Positions 9,046 through 19,011 are shown, numbered from the stretch's first letter. The stretch is 64,000 bases of DNA from Candidatus Latescibacterota bacterium (GCA_965232265.1 CBDDPH010000002.1:434257-498256), one strand, 5' to 3'. The notes: generated by a model from the sequence alone, not told the origin. Numbers and translations: made by a program.

Positions 9046-10587
9046 GGCGTCGTTGCGTATTTGGTGAATGGCGGCGGCAAAGTTTTCGATGATGTCACTG
9101 GCGATGAGGCTTATTTGTCCTGTTTTTTTCGCTGCAATATCAGCGGCGAGGCCGTGGAGATAGACGGCTGTGCAGGCGGCGTCTGAGGGGTTGAGTCCCT
9201 GACCGATCAGGGCGGCGAGAAGGCCCGTAAGTACGTCTCCTGTGCCGCCGGTTGCCATGCCCGGGTTCCCGGTTGGGTTGATGTGCGCCCGGCCTTCTGG
9301 CGTTGCGACGATGGTCGGCGCGCCTTTCAGGACTGTGGTGGCTCCGACATCGGTGGCGAATTCTGTGGCACGTGCTATGGGGTCGCGCTGCATTTCGGAG
9401 ATGCTGTACCCGGTCAGGCGCGCAAATTCCCCGATGTGCGGGGTGAGTACCAGGGGTGTTTTGCAGGCGCGGACCGCGGCGAGGTCGCCAGCGAGTGCGT
9501 TGAGGGCGTCGGCGTCGATGACTGCGGGAGATCTCAGGTCACGCACGAGGCGACGGATGAGTTCGACGGTTTCTCGATGGGTCCCCAAACCCGGACCTAT
9601 TGCGATACTGTCGGCTGTGCAACAGGCGCGTTGTATTTCGCACCGGGCGCGCAGGGACAGGCATCTGACTTTTTTTATTTCGGGTAGGGGTTGGGTCATG
9701 GCTTCGGTGACTTTGGTTTCGAGTATGTCGTTGAGGCTTTTGGGTACGCCGAGTGTGACGAGGCCCGCGCCTCCTTTGAGTGCCGCGTTTGCCGAGAGTG
9801 CTGCCGCGCCTGTAAGTCCCACGGACCCGGCGAGAATATACACTCTGCCGCAATCCCCTTTGTGGACGTCGGGTTCCCGGTGGGGAAGCAGACGAGCGCA
9901 ACGGCGGTTGTCGATGAGGGAGGTGCGAATGCGTTCGGCCTCAATTGCCGAGGGGGGAATCCCGATGTCTATGAGGTGCAAGTTGCCGCACCGGGCGCGA
10001 CCAGGGTAGAAGAAGTGTCCAATGCGCGGCCGTGCAAATGTGACGGTGCGTGTTGCGGTTGCACAGGCCCCTTCGATTTCGCCCGTGTCGGCGTTGAGTC
10101 CAGAGGGTATATCTACGGCGACTATGGGGCATCTGGCGCGGGTGAGAGCGTTTATGAGGTCGGCGTATATGCCGCGGGGAGGCCCCTGGATACCCGTGCC
10201 CAATAGCGCGTCAACGGCAATGTCGGCATTGGCGAGTGCATGTTGTACTGTTGTGATGTGGTCGACCGGCTGCACGATGTCTGGGGGCAGTCGGTCGAGG
10301 TTGGTTTTTGCATCGCCTGTTATTTCCCGGGCGGATGTGGCTGTGAATACCTGGACTTTTGCCCTGCTTTGGGCAGCTTGTCTGGCGATGACAAAGCCGT
10401 CGCCGCCGTTGTTGCCTTTGCCACAGAGGATGACGATGTGCCGGTTTTGGAAGTCGCCCAACAGGTTTTCTACGACCCGGGTTACGCCTTGCCCGGCGGC
10501 TTCCATGAGTTCAATGCTCGGCACACCACTGTCAACTGCCCGACGGTCAATGGATGCCATCTGGGAGCCGGTGATAAGCTCAATCAT
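8998..10587 (-). CDS. nnr: Bifunctional NAD(P)H-hydrate repair enzyme Nnr (YjeF-N epimerase plus YjeF-C ADP-dependent dehydratase)
   Basis: N-terminal ILCGKGNNGGDGFVIAR (YjeF-N) and C-terminal carbohydrate-kinase-like GGTGDVLTG motif. Confidence 0.8.
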   Translation of the reverse strand: MIELITGSQMASIDRRAVDSGVPSIELMEAAGQGVTRVVENLLGDFQNRHIVILCGKGNNGGDGFVIARQAAQSRAKVQVFTATSAREITGDAKTNLDRLPPDIVQPVDHITTVQHALANADIAVDALLGTGIQGPPRGIYADLINALTRARCPIVAVDIPSGLNADTGEIEGACATATRTVTFARPRIGHFFYPGRARCGNLHLIDIGIPPSAIEAERIRTSLIDNRRCARLLPHREPDVHKGDCGRVYILAGSVGLTGAAALSANAALKGGAGLVTLGVPKSLNDILETKVTEAMTQPLPEIKKVRCLSLRARCEIQRACCTADSIAIGPGLGTHRETVELIRRLVRDLRSPAVIDADALNALAGDLAAVRACKTPLVLTPHIGEFARLTGYSISEMQRDPIARATEFATDVGATTVLKGAPTIVATPEGRAHINPTGNPGMATGGTGDVLTGLLAALIGQGLNPSDAACTAVYLHGLAADIAAKKTGQISLIASDIIENFAAAIHQIRNDASNDKNHWIAALSMPQ

Positions 10588-10787
10588 CTGGTAGGGTGCG
10601 AGATCGTGTACGCGGTGTGAGATTTTCTAAGTCAGGTTGCAGTTTTGTGCCTAAAAATATAGGAAGGACACGGGCAACGCAAACCCTTTTTTTGCGGAAG
10701 GAAGCATTGGTGATTATTGAATATATAATTGCTAAATAAAAGAAAAACAAAGTTTAAGTGTGTTCAAGTTGAGTTGATACAAACCGC

Positions 10788-10816
10788 TTGACAGAGATGG
10801 GGTGCTTATCTATACT
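10788..10816 (+). promoter_or_regulatory. Consensus sigma70-type promoter (TTGACA-17 nt-TATACT) driving the tRNA-Ser pair
   Basis: Perfect -35, 17-nt spacer, near-consensus -10; ~14 nt before the tRNA 5' end. Confidence 0.5.
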
Positions 10817-10829
10817 TTTCGGATGACGT

Positions 10830-10917
10830 GGTGGGGTGCGAGAGCGGTCGAATCGGGCGGTCTTGAAAACCGTTGACCCTCGCGGGTCCGTGGGTTCGAA
10901 TCCCACCCCCACCGCCA
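10830..10917 (+). tRNA. tRNA-Ser (anticodon TGA), class II with long variable arm
   Basis: Acceptor GGTGGGG/CCCCACC, 3-bp D stem, anticodon loop CTTGAAA, variable arm GACCCTCGCGGGTC, TTCGAAT T-loop, encoded CCA. Confidence 0.8.
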
Positions 10918-11049
10918 TATTAAAGTGTAAAGTGTGAAGAAGCACCCGCCTTTGGGTGGTGTTGGGTGGCTTTCTTACTTCTTACTTCTCACTTCTAACT
11001 TGCCTTTACACACGTCCTTTGTTACTTTCTGCTGTTCGTTTTTGTTCGC

Positions 11050-11141
<92 letters not shown>

Positions 11142-11197
11142 AAAAATAAGCTATCAGCAGTCATCAAAACAAGCTGAAAGCTAATGGGTCTTTTTTA

Positions 11198-12619
11198 ATG
11201 TCCGACACGGTTTTGCGTTTTGCGCCGTCTCCCACAGGTGGGTTTCACGTGGGGAATGCGCGAACGGCGATTTTTAATCATCTTTACGCAAAGCACGACA
11301 AGGCAAAGTTGTTGTTGCGCGTGGAAGATACAGATCGAGAGCGTTTTACGGAGTCGTCTCTTCAGACGATTCTGGACGGTTTGAACTGGCTCGGTGTTGA
11401 TTTTGACGCCGAGCCAGTGTTTCAGTCGCGCAATGCCGAGGCGCATAAGCAAGCCGCCGAGCGTCTGGTGGAGACGGGACATGCGTATTACGGCTATGAG
11501 ACTGCCGAGGAACTTGATGCGATGCGCCGGCAGGCGCAGATCGAGAAGCGGCGCGTGCGCTACAATCGGGATTTGACGCCGGAACAGCAGGCGGCTTTTG
11601 AGGCCGAGGGCCGGCCACGAGTTGTGCGGTTTAAGGTGCCAGCGGGTGAGACGGTCTGGCACGATCGCATTCGGGGGGTGCAGCGGTGGGATAATACCGA
11701 GGTTGAGGATTTTGTTTTGTTGCGGCCCGATGGTTCGCCTGTTTACAATCTCGCGGTGGTGGTGGATGATCACGATATGGGTGTGAATATGGTGTTGCGG
11801 TCTGCGGACCATTTGTCGAATACGCCGAAGCAGATTATGCTGTTTGAGGCACTTTCTTGGATGGTGCCAGAGTATGGGCATTCCACGCTGATTTTGGGTC
11901 CCGATGGGAGCAAGTTGTCCAAACGCCATGGGGCGACGACAATTTCGGAGTATCGGGAGCGGGGTTTTTTGTCGGATGCGATGTTCAATTATCTCGCGCT
12001 GTTGGGATGGGCACCGGGGGATGAGCGCGAGGTGTTTGCGCGAGATGCGTTGACCGAGGCGTTTTCTGTTGAGGGATTGCTCAAGCGAGATGCAATTTTT
12101 GACGAGAAGAAGCTGGTGTGGCTCAATGGCGAGCATATCCGGCTTCGTCCGGTGGATGCGGTGTTGGACGATGCGATACCAATTTGGATTGCGGAGGGGT
12201 GGCTTACGGAGGCAGAGGCTTCTGAGCGGCGGGATGAGTTGATGAGGATTGCCGAGTTGTTGCAGCCGCGGTTGCATACGCTTCAGGATTTGAAGCATAC
12301 GGGTTATTTTTTTCTAGATCCGGATGTGTATGATGCAAAGACGGCTAAGAAGAACTGGAAGACGGATACGCCCGAGCGGGTTCAGTTGATGATTGACCGT
12401 CTGGAGGATTTGGATTCGTTTGACGAAGGCGATATTGAGGGTGTGACGCGGATGTTGGCTGGTGAATTGGGGATTTCGGCTTCGAGGCTGATTCATCCAA
12501 CGCGCCTCGCGCTTTGCGGCGTTGGGTTTGGACCGGGGTTGTTTGAACTGATGGCTGTGCTCGGGCGGGAGACGTGTATTCGCAGGCTGAAGAAGGCGCT
12601 GGAGGTTTTGGGGTCATAA
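11198..12619 (+). CDS. gltX: Glutamyl-tRNA synthetase
   Basis: HIGH-type motif PSPTGGFHVGNARTA and KMSKS-type KLSKRHG; typical GluRS N-terminus. Confidence 0.9.
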   Translation: MSDTVLRFAPSPTGGFHVGNARTAIFNHLYAKHDKAKLLLRVEDTDRERFTESSLQTILDGLNWLGVDFDAEPVFQSRNAEAHKQAAERLVETGHAYYGYETAEELDAMRRQAQIEKRRVRYNRDLTPEQQAAFEAEGRPRVVRFKVPAGETVWHDRIRGVQRWDNTEVEDFVLLRPDGSPVYNLAVVVDDHDMGVNMVLRSADHLSNTPKQIMLFEALSWMVPEYGHSTLILGPDGSKLSKRHGATTISEYRERGFLSDAMFNYLALLGWAPGDEREVFARDALTEAFSVEGLLKRDAIFDEKKLVWLNGEHIRLRPVDAVLDDAIPIWIAEGWLTEAEASERRDELMRIAELLQPRLHTLQDLKHTGYFFLDPDVYDAKTAKKNWKTDTPERVQLMIDRLEDLDSFDEGDIEGVTRMLAGELGISASRLIHPTRLALCGVGFGPGLFELMAVLGRETCIRRLKKALEVLGS

Positions 12620-12644
12620 TACCCTGAATCGCTGTATATATTTT

Positions 12645-12718
12645 TGCCCCCTCGTCTAATGGCAAGACATGCGGCTCTGGACCGTAGAATCGGGGTTCGA
12701 ATCCCTGGGGGGCAACCA
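12645..12718 (+). tRNA. tRNA-Gln (anticodon CTG) immediately downstream of gltX
   Basis: 74-nt cloverleaf: acceptor TGCCCCC/GGGGGCA, D stem GTCT/AGAC, anticodon stem TGCGG/CCGTA with loop CTCTGGA, TTCGAAT T-loop, discriminator A, CCA. Confidence 0.65.
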
Positions 12719-12730
12719 ATTTTTTTCAAA

Positions 12731-12780
12731 GGTCGTAAGTTTTTGTTGCAGATGAACAGCACTTACGGCCTTTTGTTTTT
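12731..12780 (+). terminator. Rho-independent terminator after tRNA-Gln (10-bp stem GGTCGTAAGT/ACTTACGGCC, then TTTTGTTTTT)
   Basis: Stem-loop followed by U-run, read directly. Confidence 0.55.
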
Positions 12781-12986
12781 CCTTTCCAAGGCTATTTTGT
12801 ATAAAAAATGAGGGGACGGCAGGGAGGGATACCATTTGCCACGCCGCCCCCGAAGACCGGGCATGGAGTGAAGGGATATCTCGACCCGGTCGTTGTGTTC
12901 ATGGGGATCTGTATTAAGCTGATCGAACACTTAGACGGGCAACAAGCGCCTTTGGTGTCAAATTCATCCTTTCCTGGAGATTTTCT

Positions 12987-13328
12987 ATGATTTACGACAT
13001 GCGAACCTACGACCTGAATCCCGGTGCTTTGCAAGCCTATATGGATGCGGTGCGCGAGGTGGCACTTCCCCTGCGCGAAGACTACGGCGTCAAGCTCGCC
13101 GGGTGGTATTATACCGATATTGGGAAGTTAAATCGCGTTGTTCACATTTGGGCGTATCGCGACTATACCCATTTTGATCAGGCGCGGCAAGCTGTCCGCA
13201 GCGACTCCCGATGGGTCAATGAATATTTGCCTCGCGTCAAAGGGCTGGTCGCGCGTCAGCAAGATCAAATTATGCTGGCGTCTGATTTCTTCGAGTCCCG
13301 GGTCCCGGCTCTTTCGGAAGATGCATGA
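12987..13328 (+). CDS. NIPSNAP-family protein
   Basis: MIYDMRTYDLNPG...VHIWAYRDYTHFDQARQA resembles the NIPSNAP fold signature (MIYELRTY...). Confidence 0.55.
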   Translation: MIYDMRTYDLNPGALQAYMDAVREVALPLREDYGVKLAGWYYTDIGKLNRVVHIWAYRDYTHFDQARQAVRSDSRWVNEYLPRVKGLVARQQDQIMLASDFFESRVPALSEDA

Positions 13329-13364
13329 GCGCGGGAATATCTGACAATTCTGGAGAGGAGATTT

Positions 13365-13925
13365 ATGATGAGCGATGGACAAATCATTTTTCAAGACACA
13401 TTTGACGGCGGGCTGGACAGCGGCTGGTCGTGGTTGCGGGAACATCCCGATGATTGGCGGATTGGGAATGGCGGTCTGGAGATTTGCGTGCGTCCCGGTG
13501 TAAAGGACACGGTGCAGAATGCTTTGCTCAGACCGGCACCAGATCGCGGTGAGGGCACTTATGCGGTTGAGGTTACGATCACAAATCACAGCCAGCCGAC
13601 GCAGCAATACGAACAGGCGGGTATTACATGGTATCACAATGGGGAACCGGTGTTCAAAGAGGTGAAGGAACTCATTGATGGCGATTTGTACATTATTCCC
13701 GGGAAGCAGCCGATGCCAACGCAGAGTGTTCGCCTGCGTCTTGTTGTTACTGCGAGTACATGGGAAGCGCAGTTTCGCGCCGAGGGCGAGTCCGCGTTCC
13801 AGACTGCGGCTTCGGGCGCGCTCCCGCCTCCGGGCGATGACCAGGTGAGTATTCAGTGCTATAATGGTCCGGAGGAAGGTGACCATTGGATACGGTTTTC
13901 GGATTTTTGTATTAAGAGGATTTAG
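13365..13925 (+). CDS. DUF1349-like concanavalin-A-like lectin/glucanase superfamily protein
   Basis: W-W-RE...W...L.I pattern and YEQAGI core typical of DUF1349; no signal peptide. Confidence 0.45.
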   Translation: MMSDGQIIFQDTFDGGLDSGWSWLREHPDDWRIGNGGLEICVRPGVKDTVQNALLRPAPDRGEGTYAVEVTITNHSQPTQQYEQAGITWYHNGEPVFKEVKELIDGDLYIIPGKQPMPTQSVRLRLVVTASTWEAQFRAEGESAFQTAASGALPPPGDDQVSIQCYNGPEEGDHWIRFSDFCIKRI

Positions 13926-14005
13926 GTAAAAATATTCTGGATCGCAGACGGCACGGGGGCCGTGCCCTACGATGATTTTGTAGGAGCGCTGTGGTCGCTC
14001 GCAAT

Positions 14006-14040
14006 AAAAAAGCACCACCTCTTATGAGATGGTGCTTTTT
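14006..14040. terminator. Bidirectional intrinsic terminator between convergent DUF1349 gene (+) and csp (-): A6-GCACCACCTC-TTAT-GAGATGGTGC-T5
   Basis: 10-bp stem (one G.U on the minus-strand RNA) flanked by A-run and T-run. Confidence 0.6.
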
Positions 14041-14065
14041 GGTTAATTCTGAATTTATTTTCAGA

Positions 14066-14266
14066 TTATTGCTTTACGACATTCGCTGCCTGGAGGCCCT
14101 TAGGTCCCTGAGTGATGTCAAATTCAACCAGGTCCCCTTCGGACAAAGACTTAAAGCCTTCGGCTTGGATCGCTGAGAAATGGACGAAAACATCTTCGCC
14201 CCCTTCTTGCTCGATAAAACCGAATCCCTTGGCGTCGTTAAACCATTTAACTCTTCCTTCTGCCAA
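14066..14266 (-). CDS. cspA: Cold-shock protein (CspA family), apparent TTG start with strong SD (AAAGGTGGTG)
   Basis: [34 protein letters not shown] carries RNP1/RNP2 motifs; no in-frame ATG so start codon is TTG. Confidence 0.85.
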   Translation of the reverse strand: MAEGRVKWFNDAKGFGFIEQEGGEDVFVHFSAIQAEGFKSLSEGDLVEFDITQGPKGLQAANVVKQ

Positions 14267-14310
14267 CGTACTTCACCACCTTTCTACATCGAAAATTGCA
14301 CATCAGATCG

Positions 14311-14345
14311 AAAAAAGGCAAGAATCAGAAGTTTCGATTCTTGCC
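14311..14345 (-). promoter_or_regulatory. Terminator-like hairpin (perfect 10-bp stem GGCAAGAATC/GATTCTTGCC, loop 9 nt, followed by U6) inside the predicted ~140-nt 5'UTR of csp, about 45 nt upstream of the start codon
   Basis: A TATAAT -10 (plus coordinates 14417-14422) lies further upstream, placing this structure in the leader. Confidence 0.45.
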
Positions 14346-14484
14346 ATACCGTCTTTTCAGGCCGATTGTACAGGAAACAAAACAACACATTCTTAATACT
14401 TGGGCGCAAATACCCATTATACAAAGGCAAAGATACCCTTTATTATCTCAGAAGTCAACGTTTTTTCAGAAAAAAAGTTCCATT

Positions 14485-17400
14485 TCAAACTGTAGCACCA
14501 GCAAGCATCATCTGCCCCTTTTCCGTGTACTGCGCCTTATCTTCTATCGCTACGGTGCGCCAGATGAGGAATTGTTTGCGTAGCGCGTTCATAAAATTTT
14601 TGTTGACCCGTCGCCATGACGAGGCGTCGCCCGATAGCCGATCTATGGTCAATGTCATGGCAAAAATATTGTGCTCGCCTGTGGGTATCGCTTCAAAATG
14701 CACCTGCTGGCTCACGCCCAGATCATAAGGTGCCAACCAGATTGTCGTGTCAATTGTATGTCCCTGTCCGGTTGCGGTTTCAACTGAGCCGAGCCGTGCG
14801 CCATCGGTGTAAAATGTGCCCAGGCTCTCACCTGCATGTGCCTGAAAATAATCAACGAGGAATACGGATAGGCCAAATACGTCTTTGCCGCCCACGGTAA
14901 ATGGAAATTCAAAATGCCAGCGGTCGCCGTCTGGATCGGGGAATTTCCAGCGGCGCGTCACGTCGGGTACGGCCATCATGGATGCCTGACGCGCGGGATA
15001 GATTGACGAGAGCAGGACCACGAGCATGACCAGCATGGAGGAGGTCACGGTCGAGAGTGCTGAATAATTCACGGTCAGTCCTTGTAAGGCATCTTGCCAC
15101 AGTAAAATTTTGACCACGCTTTGTCCCAAAAGATACCCGCCAACGGTTCCCAAAACAGCGTAAACACAGGCCTCGGCGATAAATAAGAAGGCGATGTGTA
15201 CGGGTGCTAATCCCACGGAAGAATAAATGCCGATTTCCCGGAAGCGTTCGTACACCGATCCCATCATGGTATTGAGCACGATCAGCGCGGCGACCAGTAT
15301 GGGAATGAACAAATTGGCCATGCCCTGCAAAGACGTATCGCCGAGGGAACTGTAAACCGCGACGCGTATGCCGCCATCTGCGGTTGGAATGCCGGCGAAT
15401 AATACCACGGATAACCGGGATAAAAACGATTTGATCTCGGCTTCGACATCCACTTCTTCGTGAAATCGCACGGCCACGGATTGCAGTGGACTGCCCACAT
15501 CGCGCAGCAGTGCATAGGGTACGATTAAAGTGTCATCGGGGTCCAGGTGTTCGAAGGGTACGGTATCGACTTCGGGGCGCTCCAATCCCTGCCGTTCTCG
15601 GGTCTCGGTCTGCGACATGACGGTGATAAACTCGTCTTCGGTAACTTGAAAATCTGCTGGCGTTATCTGTTCTTCATCCAGATCGACAAACAGGCGCATT
15701 TTCTCAGAATTGATCAGTCCAATTACTGTGAGTTGTTTGCCAAAGAGGCGGATGTGCGCCTTGCCGACATCTCGCTCCGTTATCCCCAGGGTCTCCGCTA
15801 TTCGATCGGGCAAAATACAGGCAGACTCACCCGGTTGAAACCAGCGTCCGATTCGCAGCAAGGTATCGACCTGCGTCACCTGGGCTTCTTCTGTCGCCAG
15901 TCCCAGGATTCCCTGGACGCGGGAATTTTTCTCTTCATAACGCAATACGGCTTTTGATTTTTTGTCTTCTCTTGTCGCGATATACCAGCTTCGGGGCGTT
16001 ATGGTGCCTCTGTCTTTGAAATTTATGAGCGCGTAATCGTAAGCCGTGTCTTCCAGTGGCCCCCAGAATTTGCTTCTGATCAGGATGCCGGGATACGCGC
16101 CTTCTGTATCGCGTTGAAGCTGGTGAAATTCCAATGCGGATTTGATAGAAGTAAAGGAGAGCACGGTAAATGTCAGCAGTACCAGAGTTGCAAATGTCAA
16201 CCAAGTGCGTAGCTTGCGCTTTTTCATATTGGCAATGCCCAGTTGAAATGCCGCCACTGATGCGCTGATGCGCCCTACGTCGGTTTCGTGCAACAATACT
16301 TCGGCACTGCGGAGTCGCCGGATATTCTCGTTGAACCGGCCCGATAGAATCGAGATGACAAAGATCGCCAGTGCTAAGATGACAAAAGCCAGCAAAATCA
16401 CAAAGGGGTTGGAGAGGTCAAATGCGGGGTGTACCTGGGACAGAAATATCCAGATGATGACAAAGACCAAGCCGATCCCGCCGATTTGCATGCGAATATC
16501 GGCAAAGGTAAAGATCAACCGCTCGAGAAAGAACGCACAGGGGATGACCAAGAGCATGAAGAAAATCACGCCGCGGATCACATCGTTCTGCGTTGTTTTT
16601 ACGTCTGGATATGCCCGCGATTCAATGCCCATGCCCGCGCGCGTGTGTTTTACAAAAGCATCCCATTGCTTTTCCTGAAGTGCGGTTTCTGCATCATCCA
16701 GATGTTGTTTTGCCTGCGCGTGCAATACTTCCAACCGCTGGTTTTCAATTGAGTACTGGCGCAGTTTTCGCATGCGCGACTCGTTCAACATCCACATGTC
16801 TCGCGCCGCCTGATAGGGCGTGCGGATTAGTGAGCCTGATGAGAGGGTTTGAAATCCCTCGCCCCGGGCATCCCACTCGGTGTCTGCGCTTTTTGAGTTG
16901 AGTAACAAATAGCGCACGCCAATTGCGCCTGCTCGCATGGCTATTTTCACTTTTTCACCTGGGGATGTATAGACGACGCCGACGGGTTCATCTGGCCCAA
17001 ATCCGATGTCATAACCGTATTCTTGCGGTGCGGTATTGCCCACGCCATAGACGCTGATGTTGGATAAGGTGTTCAAATATCGGGGATCGACTGTGCCGTA
17101 GAAATCGGTTGCTACGCAGGGAAATAGGATGACGGTTTGTTTTGTGATCCACCAGTTCATATTGAAATGACCGCTGTAGATTTTACCCTGTCGTCCCTGG
17201 TTGGGTGCGTACGTGATTTCGCCGCTGTGCGGGTCGATATAGTACGCCCGCACGTGTACGCGACGCTCTGCCACACCCGGGATATAGTATTCGCCGTTTT
17301 CATCTGCGAGGTCGTAGTAAATGCGCCGCACGCCTTTGATGGATTTTTCCAAGCCCATCCGCATGGCGGCGATTGCACCTGGGCGCGATTTATCGGGGGT

Positions 17401-19011
17401 GATGCTGCGCCGGGGAAATGTGCGTACATATCCCTTGAGGCCGCGCATGCGGTCGGTGGGGTCCAGTTTGTAGTCGGGTAAAAATTCCCTGTCGTTGAAC
17501 GACAAATCCAGCATGCCCGCGAGTACGCGAATCTGTTTGGTCAAATTGGCGTAGTTTATATACTCGGCCTGGTCCAGAGGGGTATCTACGCGGAATCGCG
17601 CGTCGTTTATGGTTGTCAATGAGAGTGCGGGGGTGCCCGCATAGAGTACGACTTCGCTGTCGCTTTTGATATTTTCGCCGGGGATGTACATGTCCCAGGT
17701 CATGCCGCCTTTGGGATTGATGCCATCGACCATGACGTCTTTTGACGGTACGCCCATGCCTTCGGCAATGGCGGTTGCATAGCGTACAAAGGATTTGCTA
17801 AATGTGGCAAAAAATCGCGTGGAAAAATAATTGACCGCTGTGTTGACGCCAAATCCAGCGGTTTGGGTCGCTACGCCTATTTCATCTGTCTGGCTCGAGA
17901 GATCCAATCCGATAAACAGGTCGATGTCAATGGGTTCGGTCATGAGCGCGGCAAAGTGTTCTTCTTTGCGCGAGTGCCGGTTCAGGAAGTCGCAAATACC
18001 CCGGAATCCCAGATGGTGTGCGGATGAGGCGAGGAAGAGGACCGTGTATTTGGGACGATGGGCTTGAAAATATTCAGCGAGACGCAGGAGTGCGACAATG
18101 CCACACGCCATTTCAGCACCGGGTGCCTGTGCGGGTACGACAGACATGGCGTCGTAGTAGGCGTTGATGACGACGATTTTTTTCTTCATTACTGGATCCG
18201 ATCCCTCGATCCAGCCCAATACGTTGGCTGCGTCGTTTTTCTTCCAGGGCATCCGGGATTCGAGTTGTATTTCTATTTCGCCCTGGTCTGCCAACAGAGT
18301 GCGTAATTTCTCACCGTGTTTGCGGTCGATCCAGAATCGCTCGACAGTGTTGGGTACTTGCAAAAATTTTGTTTCGGCCTGTGTATAAGATGTGGTATCT
18401 GGCGCGATGAATATGATTTGTTGCGCGCCCAGAACAGCGGCGTTGAGCCATCTGTTCCAGGTGTTAAAGTTCAGGAGGACGACGGTGTTTTCCACGTCTT
18501 TGCCGTCATAAGCTTTAAATTCGCCGTCGCCGCCGTCGACCAGGCGCGTTCGTATGCCGCCCGGTGGCAAGGTGGAGGTTTTCACGAGGTTGGGCCATAG
18601 CCCGGAGAGCGGAAAGACTTCGCCGGATGAGATGACGGTCAACTGGCTGCCGTCATCTACGGGCGAGGTTACGCCATAAGTTTCTGTTTCTACGTTTTTT
18701 AGATCCAGTGCCCGGAAGCGTTGTTCGATAAATTTCGCGGCGGCATCGTGTCCCGGATAGCCGGGTACGCGAGATTTATATTGGGTGAAAGTCGCCATGA
18801 GTGCGCGCACTTCTGCTTCTGTGATCTCGCGTTTTACGCGATCCGCTACGACTTCGGCACCCGGTACTGGGGCTGGTTCTACGGGTTCGGGGGGGCGCAA
18901 GCCCAGCACATGGCGCAGCAATGGATCAATCGTATCGGGTCCTGAGATGACTGCGCCAAACCCGAATACGGCAACCCCGATCAATGCCAACCAACCGATG
19001 CGACGAGACAT
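14485..19011 (-). CDS. Giant membrane protein: N-terminal signal/anchor, PA/M28-like ectodomain with substituted zinc ligands, 3-4 TM segment, FtsX/MacB-type permease (TM-periplasmic domain-3 TM) and ~220-aa C-terminal domain
   Basis: M28-like block NVLGWIEG...VVINAYYDAMS...PGAEMACG...LFLASSAHHLG (H to Y, DD to EM, EE to SA/HH); FtsX core GIYSSVGLAPVHIAFLFIAEACVYAVLGTVGGYLLGQ; ORF track starts at TTG 19026, first ATG is 19011. Confidence 0.6.
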   Translation of the reverse strand: MSRRIGWLALIGVAVFGFGAVISGPDTIDPLLRHVLGLRPPEPVEPAPVPGAEVVADRVKREITEAEVRALMATFTQYKSRVPGYPGHDAAAKFIEQRFRALDLKNVETETYGVTSPVDDGSQLTVISSGEVFPLSGLWPNLVKTSTLPPGGIRTRLVDGGDGEFKAYDGKDVENTVVLLNFNTWNRWLNAAVLGAQQIIFIAPDTTSYTQAETKFLQVPNTVERFWIDRKHGEKLRTLLADQGEIEIQLESRMPWKKNDAANVLGWIEGSDPVMKKKIVVINAYYDAMSVVPAQAPGAEMACGIVALLRLAEYFQAHRPKYTVLFLASSAHHLGFRGICDFLNRHSRKEEHFAALMTEPIDIDLFIGLDLSSQTDEIGVATQTAGFGVNTAVNYFSTRFFATFSKSFVRYATAIAEGMGVPSKDVMVDGINPKGGMTWDMYIPGENIKSDSEVVLYAGTPALSLTTINDARFRVDTPLDQAEYINYANLTKQIRVLAGMLDLSFNDREFLPDYKLDPTDRMRGLKGYVRTFPRRSITPDKSRPGAIAAMRMGLEKSIKGVRRIYYDLADENGEYYIPGVAERRVHVRAYYIDPHSGEITYAPNQGRQGKIYSGHFNMNWWITKQTVILFPCVATDFYGTVDPRYLNTLSNISVYGVGNTAPQEYGYDIGFGPDEPVGVVYTSPGEKVKIAMRAGAIGVRYLLLNSKSADTEWDARGEGFQTLSSGSLIRTPYQAARDMWMLNESRMRKLRQYSIENQRLEVLHAQAKQHLDDAETALQEKQWDAFVKHTRAGMGIESRAYPDVKTTQNDVIRGVIFFMLLVIPCAFFLERLIFTFADIRMQIGGIGLVFVIIWIFLSQVHPAFDLSNPFVILLAFVILALAIFVISILSGRFNENIRRLRSAEVLLHETDVGRISASVAAFQLGIANMKKRKLRTWLTFATLVLLTFTVLSFTSIKSALEFHQLQRDTEGAYPGILIRSKFWGPLEDTAYDYALINFKDRGTITPRSWYIATREDKKSKAVLRYEEKNSRVQGILGLATEEAQVTQVDTLLRIGRWFQPGESACILPDRIAETLGITERDVGKAHIRLFGKQLTVIGLINSEKMRLFVDLDEEQITPADFQVTEDEFITVMSQTETRERQGLERPEVDTVPFEHLDPDDTLIVPYALLRDVGSPLQSVAVRFHEEVDVEAEIKSFLSRLSVVLFAGIPTADGGIRVAVYSSLGDTSLQGMANLFIPILVAALIVLNTMMGSVYERFREIGIYSSVGLAPVHIAFLFIAEACVYAVLGTVGGYLLGQSVVKILLWQDALQGLTVNYSALSTVTSSMLVMLVVLLSSIYPARQASMMAVPDVTRRWKFPDPDGDRWHFEFPFTVGGKDVFGLSVFLVDYFQAHAGESLGTFYTDGARLGSVETATGQGHTIDTTIWLAPYDLGVSQQVHFEAIPTGEHNIFAMTLTIDRLSGDASSWRRVNKNFMNALRKQFLIWRTVAIEDKAQYTEKGQMMLAGATV

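Noticed and set aside
11195-12298. 367-aa minus-strand ORF antisense to gltX
   Set aside because: Lies entirely inside the well-supported gltX CDS, is R/P/Q-rich with low complexity, and has no recognisable motifs. Typical GC-rich antisense ORF.
12645-12718. Alternative reading of the third tRNA as something other than Gln
   Set aside because: The best 5-bp anticodon stem (TGCGG/CCGTA) puts CTG at positions 34-36 with U33 and a purine at 37. Other registers break the stem. Kept as tRNA-Gln with moderate confidence.
13128-14018. 296-aa minus-strand ORF overlapping the NIPSNAP and DUF1349 genes
   Set aside because: Overlaps two plus-strand genes that have recognisable domain signatures. Its translation has no motif and odd composition.
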